Positions 25,814 to 38,349 of a DNA stretch of 64,000 nucleotides are shown piece after piece. The stretch covers positions 806,001-870,000 of the forward strand of contig CM074812.1 of assembly GCA_037447605.1 (NCBI GenBank), in the 5' to 3' direction. The notes below the pieces were generated by a model. That model had not been told where the DNA came from, searched no databases, and saw only the letters and a list, made by a program, of their open reading frames with translations. The translations under genes and the position numbers were made by a program. This DNA is from Zygnema circumcarinatum SAG 698-1b. Lineage: Eukaryota; Plantae; Zygnematophyceae. Within the stretch, counting starts at the first letter, position 1, and every line of letters begins with the position of its first letter.

Positions 25814-28800
25814 TGTTGGAGCATGGATCTGCTCGCTGCTCCCGGCGCCACCTCGCGTGTCGCCCTCCATTGGAACTCCGGTTCCCACCGATGAAGACAT
25901 CTTCACTCTCTCTCACTCTATCTCACTTCACTCATAGCCCATAACTCACAGATGAGCGACGAGCCGCAGTGAAATCACACGAGAGAGTATAGAGCTCCAC
26001 GGCTCTAAAACTCCTTTATAATAAGAATGTCACCCACATGAGTTCTCCCCTCTCACTAGCTACTTCTCCCTTACTCACTACCTTGGAGCACAGCGGGGCA
26101 GCCCGGCAACACGGCGAGGCGCGAGGAATAAGTCCGCGGGACTACGAGTAGGCTAATGTGGGTACATCCTACATAACAAAGCTAAACCTATATACGCCAT
26201 GGCGTGTTGCGTGACATCTTCCTTGTTGACCAATGTCGCGTCCGCGGCCGCCCTCGCGTTCAGCAGCGAGATGCAGCGTTCAACATCCGGCTTTGCGGTC
26301 TTTTAGTAAACCTCACGCCCGGCCACCGACCTAGTCAGGTAGATCCGTACAGTTCGCCCGCCCATCTGAACTTGTCGTCGTTAAACCAGAACTTCCGCGC
26401 CCGTCCGTCGCAGCGTCCGCGCCCAGCGCTATGGATTCAGCGCACGAAGTACACGGTCAGCGTCGCGGCAATCTCCGTCGTCGCATTTCGCGCCCGTTCA
26501 CACCTGTCGGCGTGGCTCGCGGCCACGGTCTCCTCGGTTGACACCGTCGAGTCATGAGACGCACTAAGGAGTCTGGCTGGCGGTTCCGCCCGTGTTGACC
26601 TAAATCTCGGAATCAGCGGACCGCACTAAAGTCGGCCCAGCGGTTCCGCCCGATATCGCCACGACCATTCTCAGCGCCCAGCGTCTGGGCCACCGACATT
26701 TGGCCCGACGTGACTCCTAGGAACACTACTACGCCCGGATCTCATGTTTCCCAACTGAGGACCACAACAATGTTGAGTGTGAACCCATTACAATGTCTAA
26801 CTATAGCACCGCTAACAACAATCCTCTTGGGCCTCGGTTCCTCATGGGCCCCTAGCCCAATGGAGTCTACTATTCATAGTAGCGTCTGCCACTAACTCCT
26901 TTAGTCAACATATCCGCAGCCTGCTCCTTCGTCCCCACGAACTTCACAACAATCATCCCCTCCTCTACCAATTCTCGCACATAATGGTATTGCACTCTGA
27001 TGTGCTTTGTTCTCTTATGAAACACAGGGTTTTCAACAAGAGCAATGGACGACTGGTTATCCGTGAACAAAGTCAAAGGACGTTGTGGCCTCTTACACTC
27101 ATCAAAGAAATGTTGGAACCAAACTCCCTCCTTCGCTGCGTGACATGCTCCCATGTACTCGCCTTCCGTGCTAGACAACGCAACCGAATCCTGTAGCTTC
27201 GAGCTCCATGAGATCGCTCCACCCGCGTTCAGGTACACAAATCCGGAGGTCGATCGCGAAATGTCCACGTCACCTCCCCAGTCAGAGACGGTGTATCCGA
27301 TCACTCTGTTGACCTCTCTATTAGCAGTCCGCCTCCGGGGTCCCGTGCAGACGGAAGATTAAGCTTCCTGACCTCCCAATGCTCCCGGGCGGGATTCTCC
27401 ATGAACCGAACTGCGGTATTTCGCGACCATGAGTCGATTGGTCTACGTCGTGCGTCGTTAAGCTTCGATGCGGTCATGCGGTAGCTCAGATAAATGTATT
27501 TGTCTCGCTCCGTCGCGAATGCTCCGTATCTTCGGCCGTCTGGCGCCCGATCTCCGTGGTTGGTCTGGCGGAATGTATTCCTCCATATTGAATCTCATGA
27601 AATGCGTCCAGTGGCGTCTTAGCGACTTAGAGCGAGCTTAGTCCTGCCCCCTCTTGTTGTATCCCGGAATCACTGCGCTCCCTGAATCGCGGCGTTTGGA
27701 AGTTAGAACTGCGAAACTAGCCTTCCAGTCATTGATTCTCTCAGTGAGAGGCTACGCGTAATAAGGGTAAATCGCGTAGATCCCAGCGTATGTGAGATCT
27801 CCGCTCCTACTCCTTTAATGGGTAGGCGGAATGATCGTCTGGCAGCATGAAATCCGTTCTTTCTCGGAAGATGTCCGATCATACCAAGTACGGATCACAG
27901 GTGCTTGTCCGTCTGAGACTCTTGGCTGGCGGCAGGCGAGATCTCTGCCGGGACAACTTTCACTTGGTACACTCCGTGTAGATCTCCTCGTAGGTCCTAA
28001 AAGAGTATAGAAAGCTTGATGCTTGATATCTAAGCGGTAGACGTCATCCCGCCAGTACGATGAGATTAGAGAAGCGCGAGGAGGTTAAAACGCGCGGGGC
28101 TGAAAAGTCTCAGGTATGATGATTCCGTACTTACATTTCGCTGTACTTGCCGCTTGGCCCGGCGCCCAGCGTTGTGGCTCCCGGAGTCCGCCCAGCCAGC
28201 ACGCCTTGAGCGCTGACTGCGTCATTAAACCTCGCTGCCCGGCCGAACCCCGCCAGGTCGCCCAGCGTCCTGGATTCTCTATCGGTATTCGCTCGGTATC
28301 GATCATTTGCTGGCAGGTTAAGCTCCTCGAGCCAGCCGAGCCTCCTCGAAGGTTTGTGGCTCGTGTCGTGTAGCGATGAAGCCTTGGCTCTGCGAGGTCG
28401 GCGGAAGTCGTGGCTCTCTGTGAATTGATGCGGCGGCGTATCGTTCGAGGCCTCCCTCGCCTGCAGGTGCTCCCTCCATGATCACTTGCGTTCTCTCCCA
28501 TCCTGAGTTGACGAAAATTCCGGGAACAAATCCCGGAGGCATCCTTGCCCTCATCGCGTCTCTCTCGGCCATCTCCAAGTCCTCAGACTCCTGTCCGTGC
28601 AAAGGTACAGTTTCGACCGAGTCTTCCTCATCCAAACGGTGAGTGTGTAATTAGGCGCGTCATAAAATTCGATTTCTCGGCTCCCGACTTACTTGTGCCG
28701 AGGTTAAATTTCAGCCTCACTTTCGGCGTTAGGTATTCTTCACGAGAGTCGACTCCTGCGGCTCTCACCGTCTTGATCTCCTCCAAAACCGGGACACGAA

Positions 28801-31800
28801 ACTGGCGCCTTACTCGGCTGATTTCAGCGTCACCATACACAATCTCGATCTACTGCCTTTTGGGGTTGGGTCTCACCTAGTCTGTCACCACCCTTTTCAC
28901 AAATCAAGTATGATGTCCCTCGAGCTCTGCCTTCGCCCATTCGCGGGTTCCAAATCTGTAGGTCACATTTGTCGTGTTGTGCTTGAGAACATATCCTTGA
29001 CGGCTCGGCGGGTCGAACTTCCTCTTAAATACCAAAGCCTTCGGCAACCGACCCGGCGGTGGCCCTTTCAGAAAACGCGGGTAGGAAACCGTGGGCTGCT
29101 CAGCTCCACGCCTCTCGGGGAACACGATCCTTGAAAGCGCGAAGATGGGCATCTATTCAAGAGTAGCGCGGTCATCACCGCCTCTCCCAGAAAAGAAGCC
29201 CAGGGAAGGGGGAATACATAAGCATGGTCAGCCATTGTCCCCAACGTCTGTTACACCCTTCAGCCCGGCTCCGTTACTTTGAGGGGAGTAGGGGCTTGAG
29301 AGGGGTCATGCCTAATTCCACGGTCTTGAGGTGCTGCATGACTCACCGACTTGAAGCTCCCCTCCGTTGTGCAGTAGCGGAGTCTTAGAGTTTACGTCCC
29401 GGCTCTCTAAGCTCCATCTGATGCTGCCAATCTCTGAAGGCTTTCAGAAAGCCTGAGACTTGTTCTTGAAATTTTCACCCAAATTTTCTCGAAAATGCGT
29501 GGCGAGAAAAGTGATGAAGTCGCAGAGCTCTCAGTACCGTTGCCGGTGTCCGCGGAGTTGCAGGTCAGTGTGAACGACTCGATTTCTCTAGCATGCGCCT
29601 CCTCTCAGCTCTCATGAATGGTTCCAGATCGCTTCCCTCTACACACTCCTTGCAAAGCCAGAGCTCCTTACTCCAGCGGCGTCTCACGTCAACCCTTTGG
29701 ACCAGCCCCACTTGGCGACTAGTACATTTGCAGCCCCGATGGTTAAGATGTCCAAGTCTCACGATGCCAAGATTTATGGCGGTTTAAAATTACAGCCGTC
29801 AGCGTCTTCGTCCTCACGTCTTACATAATGAAGATATCTACAGGCCTCACTTCTCATACCCCTCAAGCAGCCCTTCGAATCGCGCGTGAGAGTAGCTTCA
29901 TAAGACTTCTCCTTGAGCGTGATCTACGTACCTCTTACACACAGCTACTTGAGACATGAAGTTACATTTTATTTCGGGGGTGTGGAGTATCTGGAAATAC
30001 ACAAGCTCTCCTCTCTTTTCTTGTGGGTAGCGGTAGTCTCCAGAATCATCTTGACTACTCCGCGCCATTGGTATCATCTCCTACCAGGTTCTTGAGAGTG
30101 AGCAGTCGAGTCTTCTCAGCGTGTCCAGCGTGGAGAGCATACGCAATAAGCCCGCATGTGTGTGGAAGCGCTGAATGTCGATCAACGAGGGCGCTTGAGG
30201 ATCACGAACACGGATCTTCCCAACAAAGTCAGAACCTTCGGGCCTTTCAACCATCATCAGATTGGTCTCATTCGACCCTCTGCATTCGGTGCTCTTGTGA
30301 CCTCGCTTCTTGCACTTGAAGCAGATCCCCTTGAAGCCTTTCTTCTCCTTCTTGCCGAATGCCCGGCGCGCCTCTCTCCCGTCGGACTCTTGTTAACATA
30401 GCGATGCGCGGTAGTGGCGGTCTTGCATATGCTTAGCTCGGCAGTCGTTCTCCTGGTCCGACTTGGCGCGCACCTCCTCTTAGGTCTTGTCGTGAGTCGG
30501 CCGTAGCGCCTTCTCGCGTGCTCGGTGTCTTGGGCGGTGTCCTCCTCGCGATCCTCGGCTTGAGCACTTTCGAGGGTCATTTCGAGTTTGTTAGGGCGGT
30601 CTGGCGGCGCAGCTGCTCACGTCAAATCACGGAGATCCAGCCCACGGCTGCTAGGCGATCTTATGAATTGTTTCTCTGGCGGTTTACGTGAAACATGAAC
30701 TTTCTCCGTGGTATCCCGAGCGACCCGTATATTCCTTTCGGTTTCTCATCAGGGTCATCTTCTTCGCTGGCTGCGTGTAAAGATTCCTTGTCATTGGCGT
30801 TATCCTTTACATAAATCATCTCTTACAAGCACCTCGCGTAGCATGTGGTCTTGAGATCCTCTGGCGTGGACGAAGGACTCTACGCGCTCGTGGCGATGCG
30901 GGTGGCTTTGTTGTCCTTGAAAAACTCCATGCAGCGGCGCCCAGCCGTGTTCCATTTCTTCCTTTCCGGAAGTGGCTCCCTCCCGGTAGCACCGGTGATG
31001 CCTTGATGGTGCCGTTGACGCCTGTGATCCGCCGCGAAAGCGAAAGGGACCCGGCCATCTCCGCCCACTTGTAGTCTTGGCGCGTCGAATCTGCGGGAAT
31101 CTTTGAAGCTTCGCGTGGTCACAAATGCGCCTACGTAGCTCGATACCACTGTTGGAGCATGGATACGCTTCCTTTGCTCGGCGCCACAAAGTGTCGACTC
31201 CAAAGTGGAACTCCGGTTTCCAGCCGTGAAAACATCTTGTACCACCTGCACCGGCTCTGTCTCGCTTCACTCATAGCCCGTAACTCCTGAGAATGAGCTT
31301 GAGAGGCGAGCCTGTGAGGAAATCACACCACGAGAGTATGAGGAGAAAATTTCGCGACTCTAAAACTCCTTTATAATAAGAATGTCACCTTGAAGTTCTC
31401 CCCCTACCATTGTTACTTCTCCCGCCTCATTTTACCCAGCTGCGACACTGGCAGGCTGACCCGGCCAACCTTGGCTGACCTGAGAATAAGTCAACGGAGT
31501 TCTGATAGGCTAATGGGTATCCCTACATGTAAAGGCCCAAACCATATCACATGGCCCAAAGTAGTGTTCGTGACATCTTCCTTGTTGACGATGTCACGTC
31601 ACGGCCGCTCCCTCATCGTTATTGGTCGTTCAACATCGGCTTCGCGGTCTTTAGTAAACCTACGCCCGGCAGAGCCTAGTCGGTCGTCCGTCTGGGATCA
31701 ATAGCCCATCCCCGAACTTGTCGTCCCGGATTCGGCCTTGAGAACTTAAGCCGCCCGTCAGATGCTGTGTCCAGCGTGTATGTCGTTCGGCGCCTTGGTA

Positions 31801-32103
31801 CACATTCAGCGTAGTCGTGACGAGAATCTCGAATCGTCGCGTTCGTGGATTCGCTGTCCGTGATGGTGCATTCGGTCTCCTCAGTAGTTGACCTCGTCGG
31901 TCAGCGGACGCTAAGGGTCACAGCAATGATTCCATGACATCCAGCCAGAGCGTTCTCCGTAGAAAAGCTATGCAGACCGCAGGCATTTAACCCGACCGTG
32001 TTCCCCAGGAACCTCTTGCTTGAGATCTGCGTGTTTCCCAGGCGAGGACCACAGCGATGTTAGTGAACCGATGCGATGTACAGCATAGCACACTATGATA
32101 GCA
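25814..32103 (-). mobile_element. Ty1/copia LTR retrotransposon G, degenerate, inserted in the 3' LTR of D
   Basis: LTRs 25814-26820 and 31150-32103. TSD ATCAT at 25809-25813 and 32104-32108. PBS-like TGGTATCGAGC at 31138-31148 (minus). PPT ggcccaagaggat next to 26820. RNase H ORF 26870-27304 (SDWGGD..RSTSG, ALSSTEGEY, TDNQSSI, HKRTKHI, ADMLTK). Also MRLGHLN and EPQTFEEA remnants. Confidence 0.9.
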
Positions 32104-34633
32104 ATCATCGGTCATTGGGAATGGAAGAAGCGAGGACAAAGCGAGTTTAGACTTGGCATGAGGCAGTAGGGAAGATGGGAATGGAAGCAGAAAAGGTGTG
32201 TCTTGGAAACTTACCCCAGCCAGCGGTTGGCTGGGGATTCTCATTACAATATAAGTGTCTTCTCACTGAAATGCTTGTCTGGCTGGGCTGAATTGGATGC
32301 CTAAATGCTATCAGCAAGAAGACTCTCTCTCTCTCTCTGCAGTGGAACTCTTTCTCTCTCGTACTAGCATCTGTTGCTGGAGCTTGAGAGGAAGAAAAGA
32401 AGAAGAGGACAACAAACCACACAGCAAATACAAATACTAAGCCCAGCACTAAAAGACAAACTAGCATCACCGACATCCCATCTATCTATCTCTGACAGTA
32501 AATCCTGAGTCTTAGTAGTGACAGTCTCTGATTGGCCAACTGACCACTCAATGGCCTGGCTGACTATGTGGAGCCTTATGATAAGTCAACTAATAACTAT
32601 CGGCGGCAATTTGCGGCGCTCTGAGTGCGCCTTGCTGGATGATGTGCTGTTCCGTGGGCCGCCAACACATGGTACCGCCTTCTCGCATCCTCCGTTGACA
32701 GCTCTTGGATTCTGCTGATCCGTGATTTTGAAGAGGCATATATCAAGTACAACTGAACTGACGCGGATCCGTCGAGCGCAGCTCCACTACGCTACATCTG
32801 TAGCACATGCGGGGGGGGGAAAACAAGCGCACGCCCCGGCGGGCGCAATGAAGAAGAGAAGAAGGGAAGTGGAGGTCCAATGGAGGGATGTGGGATAGCT
32901 GGATGCAATGTAGAGGTCGGGGGAGAGAGAGAGAGAGAGAGAAGAAAGGGCAGGGGGCCAGAGTGAGGATGACGAGCAGGAGTGAGGAAAAGTGGAGGAG
33001 CCAGAATCCGAGAGGGAAGGAGGAAGTGGCGTAGACAATGATGATGGGGACGGAGGCAGCGGTGGGCGAGACGGTGGCCGTGGGGAGAAGCTCCCGCGTA
33101 CATTTGTCGATGGGGAGGAGTGGCATGACCGCACTGCGAAAGCGCTGCATGGGGCCCTTGAAGGAGGAAAGAGTCTGGAGTGTCCACAACGGAAGGAGGT
33201 GAAAGGAACTGGGGCTGCAAAGCAGAACGTCAGGTAGATGAACAGAAAGGGGAAGCGGTGGAAGTGGGGCAAGGGAAGTGGATGGAGCAAGAGGGAACCT
33301 TAGCGGAGGAACGGAAATCTGGAGAGCCTTGGTGGTAAGCAAGGGGAGGTGGAGAAGGGAGTAAGAGATGCAAGAGGAGCAAGAGGATGAGAATTAGGGT
33401 TAAGGGTCGAGGGGTCGTGGAACAAGGAGGAATCCGAAATCGAAAGGTACGACAGGCTCGCGAAATGTTGTAGCGAAATGCTATACATGTGTTGTATGGC
33501 CTAGTATTTACATCCGCGGTTGCCTTTTAATGGTAAAGCACTGGTGTGGGTACCGGGAGGTCCTGTGTTTGAACCTTGCTGAGGGCAGGTTTGTTACATT
33601 GGTATCAGAGCCTAATGCCCGGTATTTGTAATCCACCCTAAAAACACCGTGATCTCTGAGCATGGTACGGTTGGCCAGAGGGTCTGAACTGTTAGTGTAA
33701 AGTAGTTAGGAACTAGTTGTACACTAAGTTGTTGGTACTAAGTTCTAAGGAGGGGTGAGCTCATGTTGTCCACATTGTACGGAGGGTGCCGAGACCAACG
33801 CACAGTCTTTAAGGTGTGCCCGTAGCGCGAAAGTCTGACGTTTGCAAGGCAAGGCATTAGAATGTCGTGGAGCCAATCAGCGGCACCATTTGCCAAGGCC
33901 AGGACCTCGAATGTACGCAGTTTGGTTGGCGTACTGGCTGTGGGCGGCGGAGTCACGTGCACGACGTGACAATTCGAGAAGTGACGAGGCGTGAATCAGC
34001 GCGCGCAGAGACTGACGAGGTACGGAGTCAGCAATGATTCATTGGAGGAGATGCGATCGGAGACGCCACGTGTCAGTGAAAAAAGGCCTGCACGCTCAGG
34101 TCGTGGCGCTTGGAAGATACGGTATTCCTCACATGGCTACGCCAAGTAATGAGGAGTTAGATCCTACGGGGTGGAGGACCTGAACTGCAGATAAGGCCCA
34201 GCGCATCCCATGGAGTCAGGGTGCTGGATCGTGCAAGCTGAGGAGGATCCGGATGGCGCCAGATTAGGATTGGATAAGGGCTCTGCAGGTGTTGCATGTG
34301 AGCTGTGACGTGACAATGTCACTATTGGCGCCATATTGTATTTAAGGGTTAGATTGTTTGGTAGAAGTTAACCTTCTCGTGACTCACATTGGGGAGTGAG
34401 GCTGTCTTGCTTAGGGCCAAGAAGATAGTGGGAAGAGTTCAGCTTGTAGTGGGTGGTTTATTCACGTAGCTTGAGAAGAGGTGCTTGAAGCTTGGCTCTA
34501 GTGTTGTCAAGTTGTATTTCATCTTTATCTTAAGGAGTTTTAGGCTGGTGGCTTTCTCCTTACATTTTCATATTTCCGCTGAGTTGTTCTCTTGCATTTA
34601 GTGTGCTTTGTGTGATTGAGCAATTCATTGAAA

Positions 34634-35947
34634 ATGTCGAGTTCTACAAGTGCTAGAGGAGAAGTGGCAGCCCCACGCATGGAGGGCGCTGCAACAACAA
34701 GTGGTATCAGAGCCGAAGGCGAGGAAGACGTGAAGTTTACCATTCCAACTTTCGATGGGAAGAACTACAAGCGGTGGAAGTTTCGCATGCTCACAGTGCT
34801 GGAGAACAAGCGGCTGTTGGGGTATGTCAATGGCTCCATTGTGGCCCCTGATTCAGAGATTAATCCTCTTGAGTTTGAGAAGTGGAGGGTTAAGGATTGC
34901 AAGGTTAGGACCCTGCTTTGTGCTGGCGTTAGTGAGGAACCTACAGACCTGATTTCAGAGTTAAAGACAGCTCGGGAGATTGGGGATACTCTAGAGAAGA
35001 TTTATGATGTGGTAGATAATGCCACTGTAGTGTATCTCTACACGGAGCTTGGAAAACTCAGTTTGGATTCAGGGGAGGAGCTGAAAGACTATGTGATCAA
35101 GTTTGATGGGCTGAAACAACCCCTTCACTTGGATCACAAGATTAGTCTATTCCTTGGAGGCTTGCCGGACAAATTTGACCCTGCTTGCACTGCTCTACGA
35201 ACTCAGCTTTCCACAACTAAGATGACCTTTGAGCAGGTCAAGAGGAGAGTAGTAGAGGAGGATGGTCTTCAGGACAAGAAGCAGTACAGGTCAAGTTCGG
35301 AGAAACTGTATGCTGCAACTGCTCGCCCATACAGGAACGGCAAGGGACCAAACGCAGCCAAAGATGGTGGAGAGCTGAAGACTCAGAGGACTTGCTACTC
35401 TTGTGGGAAGACCGGTCACTTCAAGAGGAACTGCCCCAACGTTCAGAATGGCGGTTCATCCTCGAATGCAGATGCTCCAAAAGAGCAAGAAGGGAGGAGG
35501 GGTGATGGCAGGTATCCCAGAGATGAACGCAAGAGGATTCACGAGACGAACTTGATGTTCTCGGATTGGGGACCTAATGATGAGTTTGTCGGATGTCTTA
35601 GAGTTGAAAATTCAGCTAAACCTTGGGTGATTGATTCCGGTGCTTCAAGGCACATGTGCGTGGACGACTCACTCTTTGCAGAGAAGAAGACTTTGGAGGG
35701 AACCCGCTCGGTCTACTCAGCAACTGGAGATGGAGTCTCGGTGACGCAAGGCGGAACAGTCAAGTTGGAGGTGCTCGGGGAGGGAAGCACGCAGAGGGTT
35801 GTCCATGTTGGTAACGTACTGCATACTCCCGGACTACAGATTAATTTCCTCTCTGTTAGTCAGTTGTGTGAGAAGGACTATGGAGTATGGTTTGAGAAGG
35901 GTAGTTGTGAGGTCATTCACGGAAGAGGCAGAGCAAGTCTTGTCTGA
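34634..35947 (+). CDS. Copia Gag-protease of element B (start codon inside the LTR)
   Basis: Open frame with IPTFDGKNYKRWKFRM, zinc knuckle CYSCGKTGHFKRNC and aspartic protease WVIDSGASRHM. Confidence 0.88.
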   Translation: MSSSTSARGEVAAPRMEGAATTSGIRAEGEEDVKFTIPTFDGKNYKRWKFRMLTVLENKRLLGYVNGSIVAPDSEINPLEFEKWRVKDCKVRTLLCAGVSEEPTDLISELKTAREIGDTLEKIYDVVDNATVVYLYTELGKLSLDSGEELKDYVIKFDGLKQPLHLDHKISLFLGGLPDKFDPACTALRTQLSTTKMTFEQVKRRVVEEDGLQDKKQYRSSSEKLYAATARPYRNGKGPNAAKDGGELKTQRTCYSCGKTGHFKRNCPNVQNGGSSSNADAPKEQEGRRGDGRYPRDERKRIHETNLMFSDWGPNDEFVGCLRVENSAKPWVIDSGASRHMCVDDSLFAEKKTLEGTRSVYSATGDGVSVTQGGTVKLEVLGEGSTQRVVHVGNVLHTPGLQINFLSVSQLCEKDYGVWFEKGSCEVIHGRGRASLV

Positions 35948-36777
35948 GGAGATCGGCAAGGTGGGCTTTACTTTCTAGAGTGGAAGGAGGCTCAAGGGCT
36001 GAGCTATCCCGCCAAGGACCCTGTGGAGGAACCCATTCACCATAAGATAGATCCAGACCAGCTTGGAGGAGGAAAGGGGATGCTAGAGCAAGCATTGAGG
36101 TTTCGGGGCGAGAGAGGATTATTTAAGCCCGGCGACATTTCGAGATAGCGGGCTAAGGGGGTTGAACCCATCACCGAAAGGGTGGACATTAGTGGTGGTG
36201 AGAATGTGTGCGAATTCGGGATCACTCCCGAGTTAGTGATGTGGCGAAGCCTACGGCCGCGGCGCTTCTGGCGCACCACGTCTGCAGTTTGCTCCGTCTG
36301 CGTATCGGTCCGGTCGAGAATCCGGACTCTTAGAGGACTCGACTTATCTTTTGGGACCCTGTATCTGGGGCCGCCCGCCTTCGGCGGCGTAGATGCTTAG
36401 CGAATGTCGATCGCGTGTCGCACTCTGTAGCGTCGTATCTCTTGGCCGTCATATATCGCGACAACCTTCGAACCTGTATGACGCGGCTCGAGTACGGCAT
36501 ATACTCGCGTGGCGACCAGCCACCAGACTACCGACTCCGCAGCGTCGCCCGATCAATTGGGCCACCTTCGGTCCCTCATCTTTGGTAGGGGTTCGGCCCG
36601 AGCGTATAGGGGCGGGGGCGAATGCAACGGCATTCAATCCGGAAACCGGCTTCTCTCTCTCTCTTCCCCTCTACCTCCCACGACTCCTCGCTGACCCGCC
36701 AGACCAGTTTCCTGGACTTCCATTACATTGGTATCAGAGCCATTTTTCTTGATCCTACGGCTGTCACCGCTCCCACC

Positions 36778-38349
36778 ATGGTCACCACGCGCGCACGGGG
36801 AGCTGGGGAGCCGGCACCGTCAGACACACCGCCGGTCCCCCTTCCTCCCCCACCTCCCCCACCGGTACCCGTTTACCTTGCCGTGGGCGAGGCCTCAGGG
36901 GAGCATGTTCCACCGGCCGGGGCTCCGGTCCCCGCGACCTCGGCCGCGCGGGCCCTGTCGGCAGAACCGAACCGCTGGGAGGACTTCCCGGCGGACCCTC
37001 CTCAGCACGAGGACTTTGGCCGCCCGTTGACACTTGCGGACCTGACTCCCGTGACTGAGGAGCGGAACGACCTGCTCCTGCGTTCGGCCGCTCAGGATGA
37101 GCGGGCCGACCGCCTGGAACGGCAACTCACCTCGTTGGAGCTCCTCCTACGGCGGTCCGCGGACGAGAACCGACGCCTTCAGGAGGACTTCAGAGACGAC
37201 TACCGCCGGGACCTCGCGGAGGTCCGGGCGGGACATCGTGAGACAAGAGGTCAGCCCCTCCGCACCCAGAGTGAGCCTGGTCCTCCTCCGGGGGGTCCAC
37301 TTGGGGGTGCCACCTCTGTGAACTCGTTGCCGGTGGTACCTCCCCTCCCGGCCGGCCCACCTCCGGGGGTACCGGCCGGCGACCCACCTGCCCCACGGGT
37401 AGGGGCTCCTGCGATATCCGATGGGGTCATCCTCCCCGTCGTGGGGGATACCCCACCCGATACACCTGCGGGGGGGACGGGCCCGGTGACCTTGACCCCG
37501 CAGGCGATTGCGCCACCCCCTGACTGGGGTTTGCGCAACCGCGCCAAGGTCCCACCCATTTCATTGTGGGGTGAGCGACCAGCTACCGACTGCCCGTTTG
37601 AGCAGTGGGTCAGCCAGACCGAGGGTTACCTTTACGCGACCCGCTGCCCACCGGAGGAGTGGGTGAACTACGCGTACCCCTCTCTCCGCGGACAGGCTTT
37701 CCGCGTGTTCTCCAACCTTCGGGCCAGCATCAACGGCAGTTGGGCTCGGTTTGAAACCGAGATGAACAAGCACTTTGGCGTGCTCGACCCCAGCTTGGAG
37801 GGTCGACGGAAGTATGCCACTCTGGTGCAGACAGGCAGCGTGCTTCAGTTCCTCCGCGACTGCCGAGACACGGTGTCCACGATTACTCGTGACACCCCCT
37901 CCGAGGTTGAACAGTTCTACAGGTTCTCCATGGGGTTGAAACCTCACATTGCTAACCAACTGTTGCTCAACCCCGCTACTTCTAAGCCCTGGATGGCTGC
38001 GGACGCAGATCTGTTTTATGCGGCCGCTGTGAACGCGGACGCGCGGACCGTAGCGGCAGACCCTTGGCGTGGGACTTGGTCCCCTGTACCCTCTGGCTCC
38101 AACTCGCCTCGGCGGGAGACCCCACCCTTTCGAGCCCCGCGTGGGGGCGCAAGGGGGCCCAAGCGTCCTGGGGATGCACCAACTCAGCCCTTGGTGGCGA
38201 AAGTCCCCAAGCTGACGTCCCAAGAAGCTGACAGGCTCAAGAAGGAGGGCCGATGCTACCGATGCCGACAGGCGGGGCATCTGGCTCGTGACTGTCCTAA
38301 GGGTCAGCAAACTCCTGGTCCGGAAAACGGACCCCCACCTGCAGTCTAG
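36778..38349 (+). CDS. Gag of element C
   Basis: Intact ORF from MVTTRARG. Retrotransposon gag core (YATLVQTGSV...F..GLKPHI) and zinc knuckle CYRCRQAGHLARDC. Confidence 0.9.
   Translation: MVTTRARGAGEPAPSDTPPVPLPPPPPPPVPVYLAVGEASGEHVPPAGAPVPATSAARALSAEPNRWEDFPADPPQHEDFGRPLTLADLTPVTEERNDLLLRSAAQDERADRLERQLTSLELLLRRSADENRRLQEDFRDDYRRDLAEVRAGHRETRGQPLRTQSEPGPPPGGPLGGATSVNSLPVVPPLPAGPPPGVPAGDPPAPRVGAPAISDGVILPVVGDTPPDTPAGGTGPVTLTPQAIAPPPDWGLRNRAKVPPISLWGERPATDCPFEQWVSQTEGYLYATRCPPEEWVNYAYPSLRGQAFRVFSNLRASINGSWARFETEMNKHFGVLDPSLEGRRKYATLVQTGSVLQFLRDCRDTVSTITRDTPSEVEQFYRFSMGLKPHIANQLLLNPATSKPWMAADADLFYAAAVNADARTVAADPWRGTWSPVPSGSNSPRRETPPFRAPRGGARGPKRPGDAPTQPLVAKVPKLTSQEADRLKKEGRCYRCRQAGHLARDCPKGQQTPGPENGPPPAV

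Noticed and set aside
33515-33590. Functional tRNA gene
   Set aside because: T-stem and acceptor stem pair poorly and the anticodon loop is 6 nt. It lies inside an LTR, so it is treated as tRNA-derived only.
37251-38310. Antisense ORFs within gag C, and similar overlapping ORFs in MOS1 and PHL exons
   Set aside because: They are shadow frames of GC-rich coding sequence with no recognisable motifs.
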